DNA from: the human T2T-CHM13v2.0 reference genome, Homo sapiens
NCBI RefSeq assembly: GCF_009914755.1
Contig: NC_060928.1
Direction: 5' to 3' (one strand)
Length of the DNA stretch: 64,000 nt
Part shown: one piece after another, positions 34,320 to 48,616 of the stretch
How the letters are laid out: every line of letters begins with the position of its first letter
Numbering within the stretch: the first letter of the stretch is position 1
Program-made: the position numbers and the translations under genes
Notes under the pieces: generated by a model
Told to the model about the DNA's origin: nothing
The model's database searches: none
Seen by the model: only the letters and a program-made list of their open reading frames with translations

Positions 34320-35180
34320 ATTAACATTTTCAATTAAATTCAGCAAATAATGACAGTGTTACTATGATCAGATCATTAGGCTCCTCTAGATGAGAAATAA
34401 TTGTAGTGCATTTCCTGCCCTCATGGAGCCAGTGGATTGCTAATGGCATTTAAGGCAAAAGCAAAAATAAACAATATTCAAAATGAAACATAGGAACTAT
34501 ACAAGGCACAGACATTCTGTGAGGGCTCCTAAAAGGGCAGGATCAGAGATGAATGGGGAAAGTAAAATCATCATGAAGAAATTGATGTTTGAGTTTATGA
34601 AGAAACAGATGTTTGAGATTATTATTGAAGGATCAAGTAGTCTTTTGGTGAGAGAAGATGGGAGAAAAGGACATTCAGTTGGCAGAAATAGCATAGTGAT
34701 GTTAGGGAGGTCAGAAACTGGGAAATGCAGTTCCAGGATAGCAAGCCTGAAATCGTTGTGCATGAAGGAAACTGCCATGTTATGGATCTTAAATCCCAGG
34801 CCAAGGAGTATTCACTTAATTTGCCAGGCAGGGGAGAACCATTGAAAGCTGAAAAGCAGTAACTTGGAACTGGACTTTATGGAGAGCAGTTGGGACTCTG
34901 CTTAGGAAGAACTGGAATGCATTCAGAAAGTTGCACAGATAGAGATAGTAAAGGGCCTAATTGCATTGTGGCAGAGGTAATGTAAAGAAAGAGACCATTG
35001 CCTGGCACATCGAGTATGTGGAATCCATTGTATTTGGCAGCTAATTGGATATGGAGGATGATAACACCAAAGTTTTGAGGCTGAGTATCTCTGGAATGTT
35101 GGTTATTTTTGTTAACAGAAACTGGGCAGTCAGAAGAGGAGCTGTTTGTGGAGAGTAAATGTAGGAATTTGGTAAAAGTG
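34320..35180 (-). mobile_element. Degraded L2
   Basis: CCTGCCCTCATGGAGC...CCAGGCCAAGGAGT...GGAGAACCATTGAAAG...TGGCAGCTAATTGGATATGGAGG...CAAAGTTTTGAGGCTGAG. Confidence 0.65.
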
Positions 35181-35244
35181 CTTTTTCTTATATTGCTCTA
35201 GTAGGCGAAAGTCTCGTCAAATGATTAAATATGTGTATGTGGTT

Positions 35245-35450
35245 ATTTTTTATTTTATTTTCTGTTTTATTGTATTTTTTTTTTTTTTAGAAAGAGAAAT
35301 AAAGCTATGTTGCCCAGGCTGGAGGGCAGTGGTATGATCATAGCTCACTGTAACCTCAAGCTCTTGGACTCAAGAGATACTCCTGCTTCCACGTCCCAAG
35401 TAGCTAGGACTACAGGCATGCACCACTGTTTATTTTTAAAAATGTTTGTA
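35245..35450 (-). mobile_element. Alu right-arm fragment (AluJ/FRAM-like)
   Basis: T-rich tail, then GCTATGTTGCCCAGGCTGGAGGGCAGTGGTATGATCATAGCTCACTG...GTAGCTAGGACTACAGGCATGCACCAC. Confidence 0.9.
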
Positions 35451-36529
35451 GCTGCAAATCTTCCGAATGGGTGTGTGTAGTTCTTTTATAAATTTCCTCG
35501 AGATAAGGTGTAGGCAGAAACTGGTATTATTGTGCATGAAGGCAGATCAGTTACATTTTCATCTTGATAAACTAAAAATATTTTTAAGAGTTGAAATCTC
35601 ATTCTAATTTCTGGTTGATTCTTTTGAGACAGCATTGGGCGGGCCCTCCTCCTATGTTGTCATGCAAATTAAGTGGAAGGCTGGGTTGTTTTTTTTTTTG
35701 GCAAGTCCCTTAGTAATATAAGAAAAAATATTATTGTTTGGCTAGATGCTAATGTGAATAAACAGATGGCTGGCACTATAGCTGTTTTGCCTGAGATATG
35801 AAAACATGTAAAGATATAAAACAGGCCCCTTATTTTTGCTCATTGGTCTTTGGTTCATATAAGATATTTTACCTGTTTATATCTTTTATGTGGTTGAATA
35901 ATAATCAACTGAGCAATTAATTGGGGTAACATTACTAAGTCATTTATGTCATACAGAATCTATGGCATAATCTATTTTGATGTTATATTTGTATTTTATG
36001 AGTTTTAGGGATAAATTAATTTTACTATTCTCATAAAACTCATTTATTTTTACTTTTATGCCCCCAGACCATAAGATTCATTTAAAAGAACAAATAAAAT
36101 GATTTGTGACACAACTCTATGAACAGTTTTCATGATACATGCACTGAAAACCACCAAAGGCAATGCCTCCCAACAATTCCAGCTTCCTTAGATTGTGGAG
36201 CATGAAACTTGGCTACTACGATGGCTTAAGAGATTCCTAAATGCTTTAATCCAGTAAGTGTCCCACAGCACTTCTCTTAATTTCCACTGAGATTTTGGTT
36301 ACAGTCAAAGCCGTCGTTAAACATTTGTTTGGTATTGCCTTGGGGGATAGTGGCATGTCTTAAAAACTTGGGCAGTGTGACTTGCAGTGGAGAAACTAAA
36401 CTAGAATCACTTGGAGCATTTAATATGTGCCGTGACCTATGCTAGAACCACTCTCTGTATGTTCTCACATCATATTTGCTCCTCTGTAACTTTTGTATCA
36501 CTTCTGTTATCATCTCTCTGCTAAAACTC

Positions 36530-37715
36530 TTTTGCAAATGTCATGAATTACTTCTTTGCAAAATTTAAGGGCCTTCTTTAAGTCCTTTTGGTGTATCTCA
36601 GGATCATTTAACACTCAGGAGTCCCTTCTCAAAACTGTGTTTTCTGGACTCTCCTCACCCACTTCTGACCACTTGTGCTGCTGCTGCTTTGGTTCCTTTG
36701 CAAGTTTCTCTATTTCCTCTGTGTCCCTTCTTGGTGCTCTCAGATCAATTTGAAGCTTTCTTCTCTTAGCCCTATTCTGGCTCATTCTTCCCGCTTTTCA
36801 TGACTTCATTTAACTGCACTGTAGCTGATGCCTCTCATATCTTACATCCCAGCACAGGTCTCTCTCTTATGCACCAGATCCTCACGTCCTATGATTTCTG
36901 CACGTCTCCACTTGGAATGATAAACAAGAACTTCAAGCTTGACACGTCCCATGTCCCAAGCTAACCTCGTCTTCCCTTCCCCCACCAGATTTGCTTTTCC
37001 TCCTGTGTTCCCTAATTAGTAAACTGCATCTCTGTTCTCCTTGTGGCCAAAAGCAGAAACCTAGGAATTGTCCCTGATTCCTTGACTTCTCTGTGTCTTC
37101 AACTCAGTTTTTAAGGCTTGCTTGTTCTGTCTCCTTAATACTTCTCAGGTATGTCCACCATTCTCTACTTTAAACTAAGACTGTTTAGGATTACATCGTT
37201 TTTCACCGGAATCACCACAACTATCTCTTAACTGGTTTCCCTGCAGCCAGTTTTGCACCTTCTAGTCTGTTTTATATACACTCTGTTGTATATACAAAGT
37301 GACTTTTCCAAAATTCCTAAATGGATTCTCAGAATAAAGTGAAGAAACTTCAGTATAACATATGAGACCCTTGAATATATGGCATTGCTTAGATCTTCTG
37401 GTTGCATATGTCACCACACATTCCATGATTAGCTCCCAGTGGTCTTCAGAACCTAGCTGAAGCTTCCACTGTGGTTCAGATTGGCTGTTCCCTGGTATTT
37501 CAGGTGAGCTCTCTGTCACTTCTTTGTGCTCCTGTGACACAGTGTTGGACTCTAAGACACTGTATTGCAATCATTTGCTTTCTTATTCACTACACTTTTA
37601 GAATTTATGGGTAGGAACTGTGACTTTTTTCTGTGTATACTTAACTACTAATAAGGATTTAGTATAGGGCTAGTAGGTATACAATGGGAATGTTGAATGG
37701 ATTAATGAATAACCA
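36530..37715 (+). mobile_element. L2 (L2a-like) 3' portion
   Basis: TCTCCACTTGGAATG...AACTTCAAGCTTGACACGTCC...CCAAAAGCAGAAACCTAGGA...ends ATGTTGAATGGATTAATGAAT. Confidence 0.75.
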
Positions 37716-40069
37716 AACTAGGATGAATAAAACCTACAACCTACTTTCAAGGAACTCACTGCCTAGTGAGAAGTTTACAAGTACCAATACTTTTAAAAAG
37801 CCATCAACAGACAATTACAATATAGTGTGGAATGAGCTATTAAAACTCTTGTTTTCAAGTAGGAAGTAATTAAATGTTTATCTCAAGTGACTATCTCTTG
37901 AAGATATATCATAGAAATATGCAAAAATTTTCAAGGCATCCAACCATGTTTCTTTGAAATGAGGCCTTATTGTGACACTAAAAATATCCAGAGCACTTTA
38001 CAAAACATTTTTATTGACTATTTAAAACTTTACCCCATCTTTTGTTTTGTCAGTTTTATGAGGACTAAGAAAAAAAAATAAGGCAGGATATATTAAGTTT
38101 CTGGACATCTCTTTGGCTGGCTAAGTGGCATGAGGACCATTGCTTAATTTTCTTTTCCTTTCTGAAACTACTATAACAGTTTCTACTATTGAATAGGGTT
38201 TTGCGTGATTCTGGCCTCTGACTTTATGCTTGGTAGCTAATTCACTTACAGCTAGCTATAAAAAATACAGTTTTCTCCTCCTCTATTGAAAATAATTTAG
38301 GAGGACAAATGCATTTTTAAAAACTTGGGCCTGTTATTTTTATGAACCCCTAGGATTTTTAAATCCTATTGTGACACAATTTTACTCATAATAATAGAGC
38401 AAAATATTGTCAAAAAATTTAGTGACTCCTTTAGACTTTTAAAGTTACAAATGTTATACACGTCGTGGACTTTTATGTTGCTGGAAATAATCAACATTGT
38501 GAATATTAACTCTGTGATTGAAAGGACAGGATCTTTTTAAGTGGTTTTCAAGTCATGTTCCTCAGGGCCCTAGAATTTCAGGGGTCATAGGGAGCTTTGG
38601 GGGAAGCTGAAGAGTAGGTGGGCAGGCTCTCAGTGAAGCTCTGCAGCCTCTGCCTGCAGCTTCTACTCTTCAATTATATCAGCTGCTTTTATCTGTTACC
38701 TACTGGAGTGTGTTTTGTTTTGTTTTCTTTTCCTTTTTTAGGATATCATATTTAGAGTGAAAATACTTTGAAAAAATTAAGAAAACCCGTGAAAATAGAA
38801 AGTGTTCAGATTTCGTTCCCTAACTGTCTTCACGTGTCACCTACAGTGATATCCTCAAAGACAGCAAGGGAGGGCTGCATGCTTAAAAATGCTGGGCAAG
38901 CAGAGTACCCTGTCTCATCTGTTTTCCATCAGAGCCGTTCAGTCACCATGTGGCGTTTCCATTGTCTGGTCAATAGAACCTGTGAACCAGGGCCTGACTA
39001 GGGTTGGTGGGGGAGTGTGAGGTGGAAATTTGGGGGATGGCGAGAAGCAGAAGTTTAATGATTCTTAAGAGCAAGGGAAAAGGTTGATGTTCTTTCCACT
39101 GTCATGGTGTTCGCATCACAATACTAAGGACTTTCATGCCAGGAAGCCAAAAAGTCAGGTCAGAATTTTATAGATTTTGGCCAAAGGCTGTTCCAAATAA
39201 AAAGTAAGTGTTTAAAGGTGCTGACCATTGCCCTAACTTCTTCTTCCATTCTTTTGGTTCCTTACTTTTCTCCCCTGCCCCAAATAGGGTTATCCCAAGT
39301 GCAAAATTCAAGTGACTGCCATAGTAACCACACAAATAGATCACAGAGGAGTTCCATTTACTTTAATGTCATGACAGTTGAAGAAAAACTACACATGGGG
39401 ATACCTTTGGGTGACATAGATGATGATATAAAAAGGTATCTGTAAGTGATAGGCTGGAATGGACTTTGCCCATAAAATAATTTGGATCTTAAGAAACAGA
39501 TATCACTATTCTTAGTTTAGGGAGTAACTGCATCTTTTGAAACACTTTAAAAAAGTTGGCAATGTTGATTCAAAATGCTATTTTAAAAAACTTGCAAAAT
39601 GATATTTTTTTGGAGAAACTATAACTGTCAATTTGAAGGATGAGATTCTCTTTAGCAGAGCTTGTAAAAATATCCATTGCCATATGTGAAACAGGTTTAG
39701 GGCAGTTTGTCATAAATAAATGAGTTTGTCAAATACATACCCACATACACCCCTTTTTTGGCCTTAGAGGATGAATTCCAGAGCCATAAAAAAATTGGCA
39801 TTTTACAACACATCACACAGATAAATAGACATTACATTAATATACATAATAATAAGAAACAGTAATTTAATAACAGGGATTAATTATGCCTGGAGGAAAG
39901 ATAGTGTTGGAGGGTATCAGGATTTGCTGGACTTGGCTAGGTCTGACGGTTATATCAACTGTTTGATGAGAATATCACTCAGAAAGTTCTGATTCATCCT
40001 GTATTCTGTCAGGATCATCATCTTTGTTAATGACCTTACTTGACTCAAACTGCTATAGTAGCTACAATA

Positions 40070-40560
40070 GCTTCATTTCTAATTGTAAAAGTAATATGTG
40101 TGTATAGTAAGAATCGTGTTTTGTTCCACTACCCAAAGATAACCTCTGTCAGCATCTGGTGTATCTTTCTTTTTCTTTGAGTGTGCATATTATATATAAA
40201 AGATGTATATATAATGCTTTTTATATAATATTCGTATGTATTAGAATTAAGCTATTCATAAAGTTGTAAGCTGCATTTTTATTTCATTCATTTAACAATT
40301 CTTCATTGTTTGCCTGCCATAATCTAGGGATTTTATGTCCTATTAACTGTTCCTTGAAAACATGGCACTTAACGACTTCTTATTCCATTATATCATAGTT
40401 TATTTAACTTTTTCCTTATTGTTGTACATTTTCATTGTTTCAGTTTTTACTATTATACATAATATTAAATCATTATCTTTCGACCTCCTTAATACTTTAA
40501 TATCTCAGTATTTCCGATTATTTCCTGAAGAAAAATTCTAAGAAATGTAGTTATGTTTGC
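40070..40560 (-). mobile_element. Ancient L1M 3' fragment
   Basis: CCACTACCCAAAGATAACC...TATTCCATTATATCATAGTTTATTTAAC...TTGTTTCAGTTTTTACTATTATA. Confidence 0.6.
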
Positions 40561-42489
40561 ATAATCCTCAATTTAATGGCATTGAGTCTGGGGGAAATGA
40601 GACAAACTCAAGCTTTTATAGAGCCCAGACAATAGGATTGTCTGGAGAAACTATAAGACATATCTACTGCAATTGTTTTTCAGTAATCCAGCATGCTGGA
40701 TGGATTCTAAATGGCCTGGTGTTTAACATCACTTTAGTAAAGGTGTATCAGGGTTCTAACATAGTATGGTTGACCAATATGTAACAGATATTTGTTATGA
40801 CAGACTGTCATTGTAAACTGAGTTATTCTTTATCCTGTTATTCATTTCTCATTACTGTTCTCAGAGATATTTGAGACAATCTCAACACCCAATTATTACG
40901 TGTAAAACAGTTGTTAGAGCCTAATCCTTTGCACACTTCTGGGTCAGTGATGCTGTAAAAACATTTCACTGTACCATGACCTCACTGAACAAAAGAAAAC
41001 GAAAAGTTTAAGAGAAAAGAAAATGCCTACACAGTACATAGGTATTCCGTTGCGTTGTATGACAGTCAACAAACTTGGCTCTGTTGTATTTCCAACTATG
41101 TATGGTATGTGGTTGTTTTAGATACACCCTGCAGTAGCTGATGGCTCAAGGTGAACAATAACTGATAGTCTCTTTCTCTGTGCATATGTGCATGAGTGCA
41201 CATGTGTTTGTTTTTGGAAATATGTGATTTGGTTCATTTCAGTTATTTGTAGCATCCACGAATATTTAGTCAAGTGTTCAATCTTCCCATGAAATACTTC
41301 AGAGATTCATCATATGAAATCATGGGCTTCTCTTTAGTGCTAAGTCATAGCAAACTATCATCTTTTTAAGGTTGATTTTGTAGAGTGTTAAATGCTATTT
41401 AAATTTCCCTTAGATAAGAAACCATTTATTTTTCTCCTAATCACTTGAAATAGCAAGAACTAATCAACTGGAGTTTTTCTCCTTTTTATGTATACACCAA
41501 TCTACCGCTGACTCACGTGCATGTTTCTGCCTTTAGGTCAGTGGGAACTTTTCCCAGCTATGGTTTTTTTTTTTTTTTTTTCTCCTCCTTCATTCCTAAT
41601 TTCTCTCAGGAACAAATGGCAGCATAGTTAAGCGTTAGAAACTTGTTGCCGAAGGTGCTAACCTAAACATCAGTGCCAGGATACGACTGAGACTTAATAG
41701 ACTAATTAATTTGTCTACTGCACCCCTGACCTGGGAATTGCATACAATGGGCTATACTTATGGAACTGAGAGTCTGAGATCCAAAGTAGAGAAAATGCAA
41801 CTTTTGTGTGCTTTCTGTATCAACATGGAATTAATAGTTTTTTCCCCCTGCAAAATAGGTTTTAAAAGTGGAATTTTATTCCATCATGTTTTTGGAAGCA
41901 TGATACTTCAAGATTCTGTGTGCCTTTTTGTTTTTTTGTTTTAGTTTTCTTTTTTCATATTTTATAGTAGTACCAAATGAAACTTTCACATTATTTAATC
42001 CAAATATGAATATGCTGCTCACCTCCAGAGGATCCCAATTATTACAGAATACAAGTTTCTACTTTGTATATTTTAATATAATAGTGTGTAGTGTGTTTTC
42101 ATAACTACACTAAGTCATAGAAAAAAAATATGAACTTGAAACTTGAATGACATTTTGAAACTGTTTGCATTATGAATTCCTAACTATGGTATTCATACTT
42201 CTTTCAGCAAGTAAATTAATTTTGTTTCCTCTTGTATTCCTTTTCTTGCTTCTCCATTTTAAAGACAGCTTAAATATGCTTCAAGGGCAGTTTGCATTTG
42301 ACTTCCACTGAATTTATGGCACTAGATAGAAACTAAATTGAGTAAATCTCTTTCTATTAGCCTGTCAATTTATGGAATATATATGTCTCTGGATCTTGTG
42401 AACTCATGGAGGTACCAAATAAACCCCTATTACGATTTCATATAAAACAAAGTTTTAATATTTTGGTAATTTGTGAACTTGGAAGCACT

Positions 42490-42810
42490 CATTAGACCAC
42501 CAAATATGTGTTGTGCACATGCCAGGCACCCTTCTAGGCACCGTTGATAAAGTGGTGAACAAGACGGGCATTTTCCATCCCTCCTACAGCTTGCCTTTCA
42601 GTAGTGGAAGTCACACTTAAAGTAAACACACAGAGTAATGAAAGAAAATCAAGACAAGGCTGATGGTTCTACAAAAAAATGAAACAGAGTAAAAGGACAG
42701 AGAGTGACTTGTATGTGTGTGAGGTGGTGTATTAGCAGAAATATTTAGGGCATGGCTTTCAGAGAGGTAATCTTAGAGCTGAGAACTAAATGGTGATATG
42801 GTAGCCTTTG
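42490..42810 (-). mobile_element. L2 3' end fragment
   Basis: ATGCCAGGCACCCTTCTAGGCAC...GGTGAACAAGAC...GAGCTGAGAACTAAATG. Confidence 0.7.
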
Positions 42811-44149
42811 GGTAGATGCTGATTTCATTCAGTTATTGCCAGCCACTTTACCTGAAAGAATATACAAGATTCATATTCATCTCAGTATAGGCAGAATGCC
42901 TGGGACATCATAGATGCTCAGAAAATGTTAGCGGGGAGAACAAAATAAAATATATATGGGCATATGATTTCAGGGGAAAATGCCTTATCTTTCTAAAGTT
43001 ATGTTGCCTCTAACAGAGGAGTGAAAAGTTTAGATTTTGTGTGCATTTTTTTGTTGTTAGACTATAATGTAAGCCTTGGATTAATTTTTTTTCCTGTATT
43101 ATTGTTATTTTTGTATTTTATAGGTTTCACAGTGGTAAAGTCAGTGGGTGTACTTGAAGTGATGTGCCTTGTATAAACGATAAAGTCAGAAAAGAGTGCT
43201 TCTATTGGAACATTTTGTGCTACAAATAGCAGCAGCATGTTTATCTGACCGTGGTATTCATGCTGTGGAGCTCTAAATCAAGTTGAATTTGCTATGATAG
43301 TATACCTCACAGAAATTAAATCATTAATGTTAAAGGAAAAATCATAAAATGATTTTTTATGCCAAGTTATACAGAGGCAGTTTGCCATATGTCTAACCAA
43401 AGGTGTAAGACCAGTAATTTGAATTTCGTGGGACAGACAGGAGCAACTAGAGAAGGGAAGAAGTCAAATGGTGTAGTGGCCAAATAGGATGAGTGACTGT
43501 AGACTATTTACTGCTTTCAAATGAATTTTTGTACCCATTGTCGAAAGAAAGCCTGATGAACAGGTATGTTTGCAGCTTCTTTGCTTTGACAGGTTTTTTG
43601 TTGTTGTTGTTGTTGGGGGTGAGGGGAGTGGGCTGCAAGGGAGATGGAATTTATTTATTTTTGAACACGTAGTGTTTGAAAGACATTGGGAGATTATTGG
43701 ATAGATAAAGAGTTTCCAGTGTAGGCTTTAAAATATTTATCTTGATCTGTTTCTTCTTGTTGATACTTTGAGAACTACAGTTTTAAAGATAGAAAAAATA
43801 TTTAGTTTATTTCCAAACTAAGAATGGGTTTGCCTTTCAGTAGAGCTTTATGTTAAATGTTGATGTTGCTCAGTCCTTCCCTTGGCTCTCTTCTCTTCTC
43901 ACTCCATTTGTTTTCATCTGTACTTAGGCTTGAAATTAGCACAGTTCTCTTCTCTGTGTCCCTTAGCGCAGATCCTCACTGTTTCTCAGACTCTAAAATA
44001 GTTTGTTAACATCTGTTCATTTTTTTCCCCTTCCAAACTGTCTACCATTTCATCAGCAGAATGGATATCCGAGCCTATCACTGTCTCTGCAGTGACCCCC
44101 AGTGCCTCCAGGACTGGAGGAATGTGTCTTGTGGCATGTAGCGTCCTCC

Positions 44150-44615
44150 AGCTTCATTAAGTCCTTGCTGCCATTCTAGCCTTGTTACTTGTCACCACCC
44201 TTTCTATACCTGTACTTACAGCCTATGCATTTTTTATAGTCCCTCATTGTACTGGCCTGCTCACTCATTCATCATTTTGTTTGCACTTGCTGTTCTCTGT
44301 TAGTTGAATGCCATTCCTACCTCTTCTCTTGATTGGGAATTTTTTATCCTTCACGATTCTATTTAAATGACCTGTATCTTTTTTCTGTGATGTTTTCCCT
44401 GGCAGAGTTAGGCACTTCCTCTGTCTTCCCGTATTAATGCCTTGAATACATCTCCATTTTGATTCTCAGTATACCCCTTAAAATGTTTGTTTACATGGCT
44501 TTCTCACATCCACAAACCCTTTATGGACAGACACTGCCTTCTGTTTTTCTCTTAATCCTCATCCCTCAGCACATTAACAGGTAGGGATTTAATTGTCATG
44601 CATTGAATAAATAAA
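44150..44615 (+). mobile_element. L2 3' end fragment
   Basis: TTTGCACTTGCTGTTCTCT...GGCAGAGTTAGGCACTTCCTC...CTCAGCAC...TTGAATAAATAAA. Confidence 0.6.
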
Positions 44616-44817
44616 CTGACTCCTGCTCTACGTGTTTAGCACCCTGCTATTCATAGTGGAAAAAAATTAAAAGAATATGATTTTGTTCCTTATTCTGTTT
44701 AGGGTTGAGATTTTATCTGACGGGCAAGACTTAAATACATGAAATAATGACAGACTACAACATATTGCAGAATATACAAATGGATTTTTGTTTTTTAAAT
44801 TTTATGTATATGTATAA

Positions 44818-44858
44818 ACACACACACAGACACACACACACACACACAGACACACACA
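44818..44858. repeat. Interrupted (CA)n microsatellite
   Basis: Read directly. Confidence 0.9.
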
Positions 44859-45194
44859 ATCCATACACACTGCAGGAGAGGGAAGGGCAATTCTTAAGTT
44901 TCAGTTATCGGATAGCAATCATAAACTAGGTAAGAGCTTAGTTGGGATAGTGAGGGAGTGAGATTGGAAGTGGCACTATGGTTTGAGCCATGACAAAGTA
45001 GTGGCTATGGGATAAATGAGTCCTCATATGCTTATTTTACCTATCTTATTTTCAGTAAATCCTAGATATTTCATATAGGTTTAGTGTAAAGGCAGATGTT
45101 GATCATTTTAATTTGTAAAGCACCAAAAATAAAATCAAGGAAAATAGAACACTGAATGAAAGTTGAGGTATGCATTGTGCTGATTCTATCTGGG

Positions 45195-45650
<456 letters not shown>

Positions 45651-45917
45651 ATGTTTAAAAGTTCCTATCTGGTCCTTGGATTTTGTTGTTGAAGCATGTT
45701 GAATTGATAGCTTTTCAGAAGTAGAGAATTAGAGGCCTCAAGATGCTTTGGATTGTCAGACCACAGAAAACTGTAATAATAGCTTACATCTACTGTATAC
45801 CAAATCCTTTAAAAAGCACATTATAGTTTCCACTATCCTCTATTTCTTCAACAACCCTATATGGAAGAGAAACTAGGGCAAAAAGAGATTTGGGAGCCTT
45901 CCTTAAGATCCCAGATA

Positions 45918-46227
<310 letters not shown>

Positions 46228-47313
46228 TTAGGGCTCTGACATCCTAAATGGGAATCACCAACTTTCAGCAAAGGATGAAGGAAACTGATGATAGAACCAA
46301 GTACTTAAATTGATACATTCCTATGGAGATTCTGTATGTAATTAAAAAAAAAGCTACACCTGCAAATTTAAATTTTCTCCACATTTCTTCTTTGCTCTAG
46401 AATTAATTTTAAAGCTTCTGTAGTTAAGCAGTAATCCAACACTGTAAGTTAAAATCAGGATAATTAAAGTCTTCAATAATCTTTAATATAAAATTTAATA
46501 GTTCTTGACAGTGTGGGGTCTGTGATAATATTAGTTTTTCATGAAAATTTAAAGACTGTAACTTGAAAGTAAGCTTGAGGGTCCATTGTATTTGCATATT
46601 TGGATATTTTCCTAGACTAATGTAGTGTACTAGTTTGTGCTTGATTTTGTCAGGTTTGTAAAATTTATAAACTTTGCTACTTTAAATAAGGTTCAGAGCA
46701 AACTGATAACTAACCTTTGATGTGTTACTGTAGCTTTCTTAGGTTCTTTTAAATCCTGTAGAGAGACAGGCAGCTAGAGGTAGCATATTACCAACAAAAT
46801 TTAGTAATAGCTAGTAGGAAACCTCATTTGTTCTTTTGCATTTTTTAGGGATAGCGATTATATTTTCCAATTTTTATGATTTGATTATGATTCAGATATT
46901 ATCTAGGAAAAATGTCCTGTTTTTTATTTGACACCTTTTTAAAGCCAAAGCCATTTTAGGACATCTTTGCCAAAATTGAAGGAAGTCAAGACTCATTAAA
47001 TTATTTGGTGAACTCCACCAGTTATTTTAGTTAGTCACTGTGATCAGTGCTTTAACTTGAATTGTTTGTTTTGAATCAGATACTATTACAAAGTAATCTG
47101 ATACTACTCCTTCCCTCACCCCCTTCCTTTGTTTTTGTCTAGGAGTTAGGCCAGCAACACTAATGCATTTGGGAGGTATTATTATATTGTAAAAAATAAA
47201 CATTTGTGAATTAATAAAACAAGAATTGTCAGAATACAGTTAGAGTTTGGGTGTGTTAATCATTTCTTCATCTGACTTCTTGTAAATTGAGGCATTTTCA
47301 ATATGGCTTATGG

Positions 47314-47539
47314 CAAGCTTGTCCAACCCGTGGCCCACAGGCAGCATGCAGCCCAGGACAGCTTTGAATGCGGCCCAACACAAATTCATAAACTTTCTTA
47401 AAACATTATGAGATATTTTTGCAATTTTTCATTTTTTTTAAGCTCACCACAGCTGTTGTAAGTGTTAGTATATTTTATGTGTGGCCCAAGACAATGCATC
47501 CAGTGTGGCCTAGGGAAGCCAAAAGATTGGATACCCCTG
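47314..47539 (-). mobile_element. MER30 (hAT-Charlie) non-autonomous DNA transposon, full length
   Basis: CAAGCTTGTCCAACCCG ... GGGAAGCCAAAAGATTGGATACCCCTG; perfect 8-bp TSD GCTTATGG at 47306-47313 and 47540-47547. Confidence 0.95.
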
Positions 47540-48196
47540 GCTTATGGGATTCTCAGTATGACACAGTCCTTGGGGATTAAAATTTCTATAGCCTTGCTAG
47601 AGCTTTAAGTTCTTAAAATTTTTTTTGTGTCTTCATCACAATTGTTGAACATTGTGAACACGTAGTGTTTACTGAGTTGTATAATACGTGTAAGCTGTGT
47701 TCATTTGAGGCTGTTGGATTGCTAATTAAAACTTAGATTTATCCATTATTCAACTCAGTGTTTCTTTGCCGTGTCACTAGCTATACAGAAGGGCCATCTC
47801 AACAGCACTGGATTTGTTCTTCTCCTTTGTACTAAATTGAATGTATTACCAAGCTCTATTACTTCTTCCTCTGTTGGTCTCCAGAATAGAGCCCCGAAAT
47901 TCCTGCTTGCTCTCGCAGTCCTCTTCAAGGCTTTCATCCTTGAATTACTGGATTTTGGCATAGACTTTTAACTGGTTTCTCTGCTTCTGGTTTTCTAATC
48001 CCCTGCAGAAAAGTTGTTCTGAATTTGTAGGTTCGTGGTACTAGGTACATTATAAGGTTGAAGGACATTCTTCTTGGTGGGACGTTAGATACTTTATTTG
48101 AATATTTATTGGGAATTTCAATGAGGAAGGAATATTTTATTGTTTGGTAAAACAGCCTGTGAAATTCAACTAGTTTCTTTCTCCATGTGCCTTCTA

Positions 48197-48616
<420 letters not shown>

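Noticed and set aside
34483-34845. 120-aa ATG ORF
   Set aside because: Lies within antisense L2-like sequence; no recognisable domain or splice context
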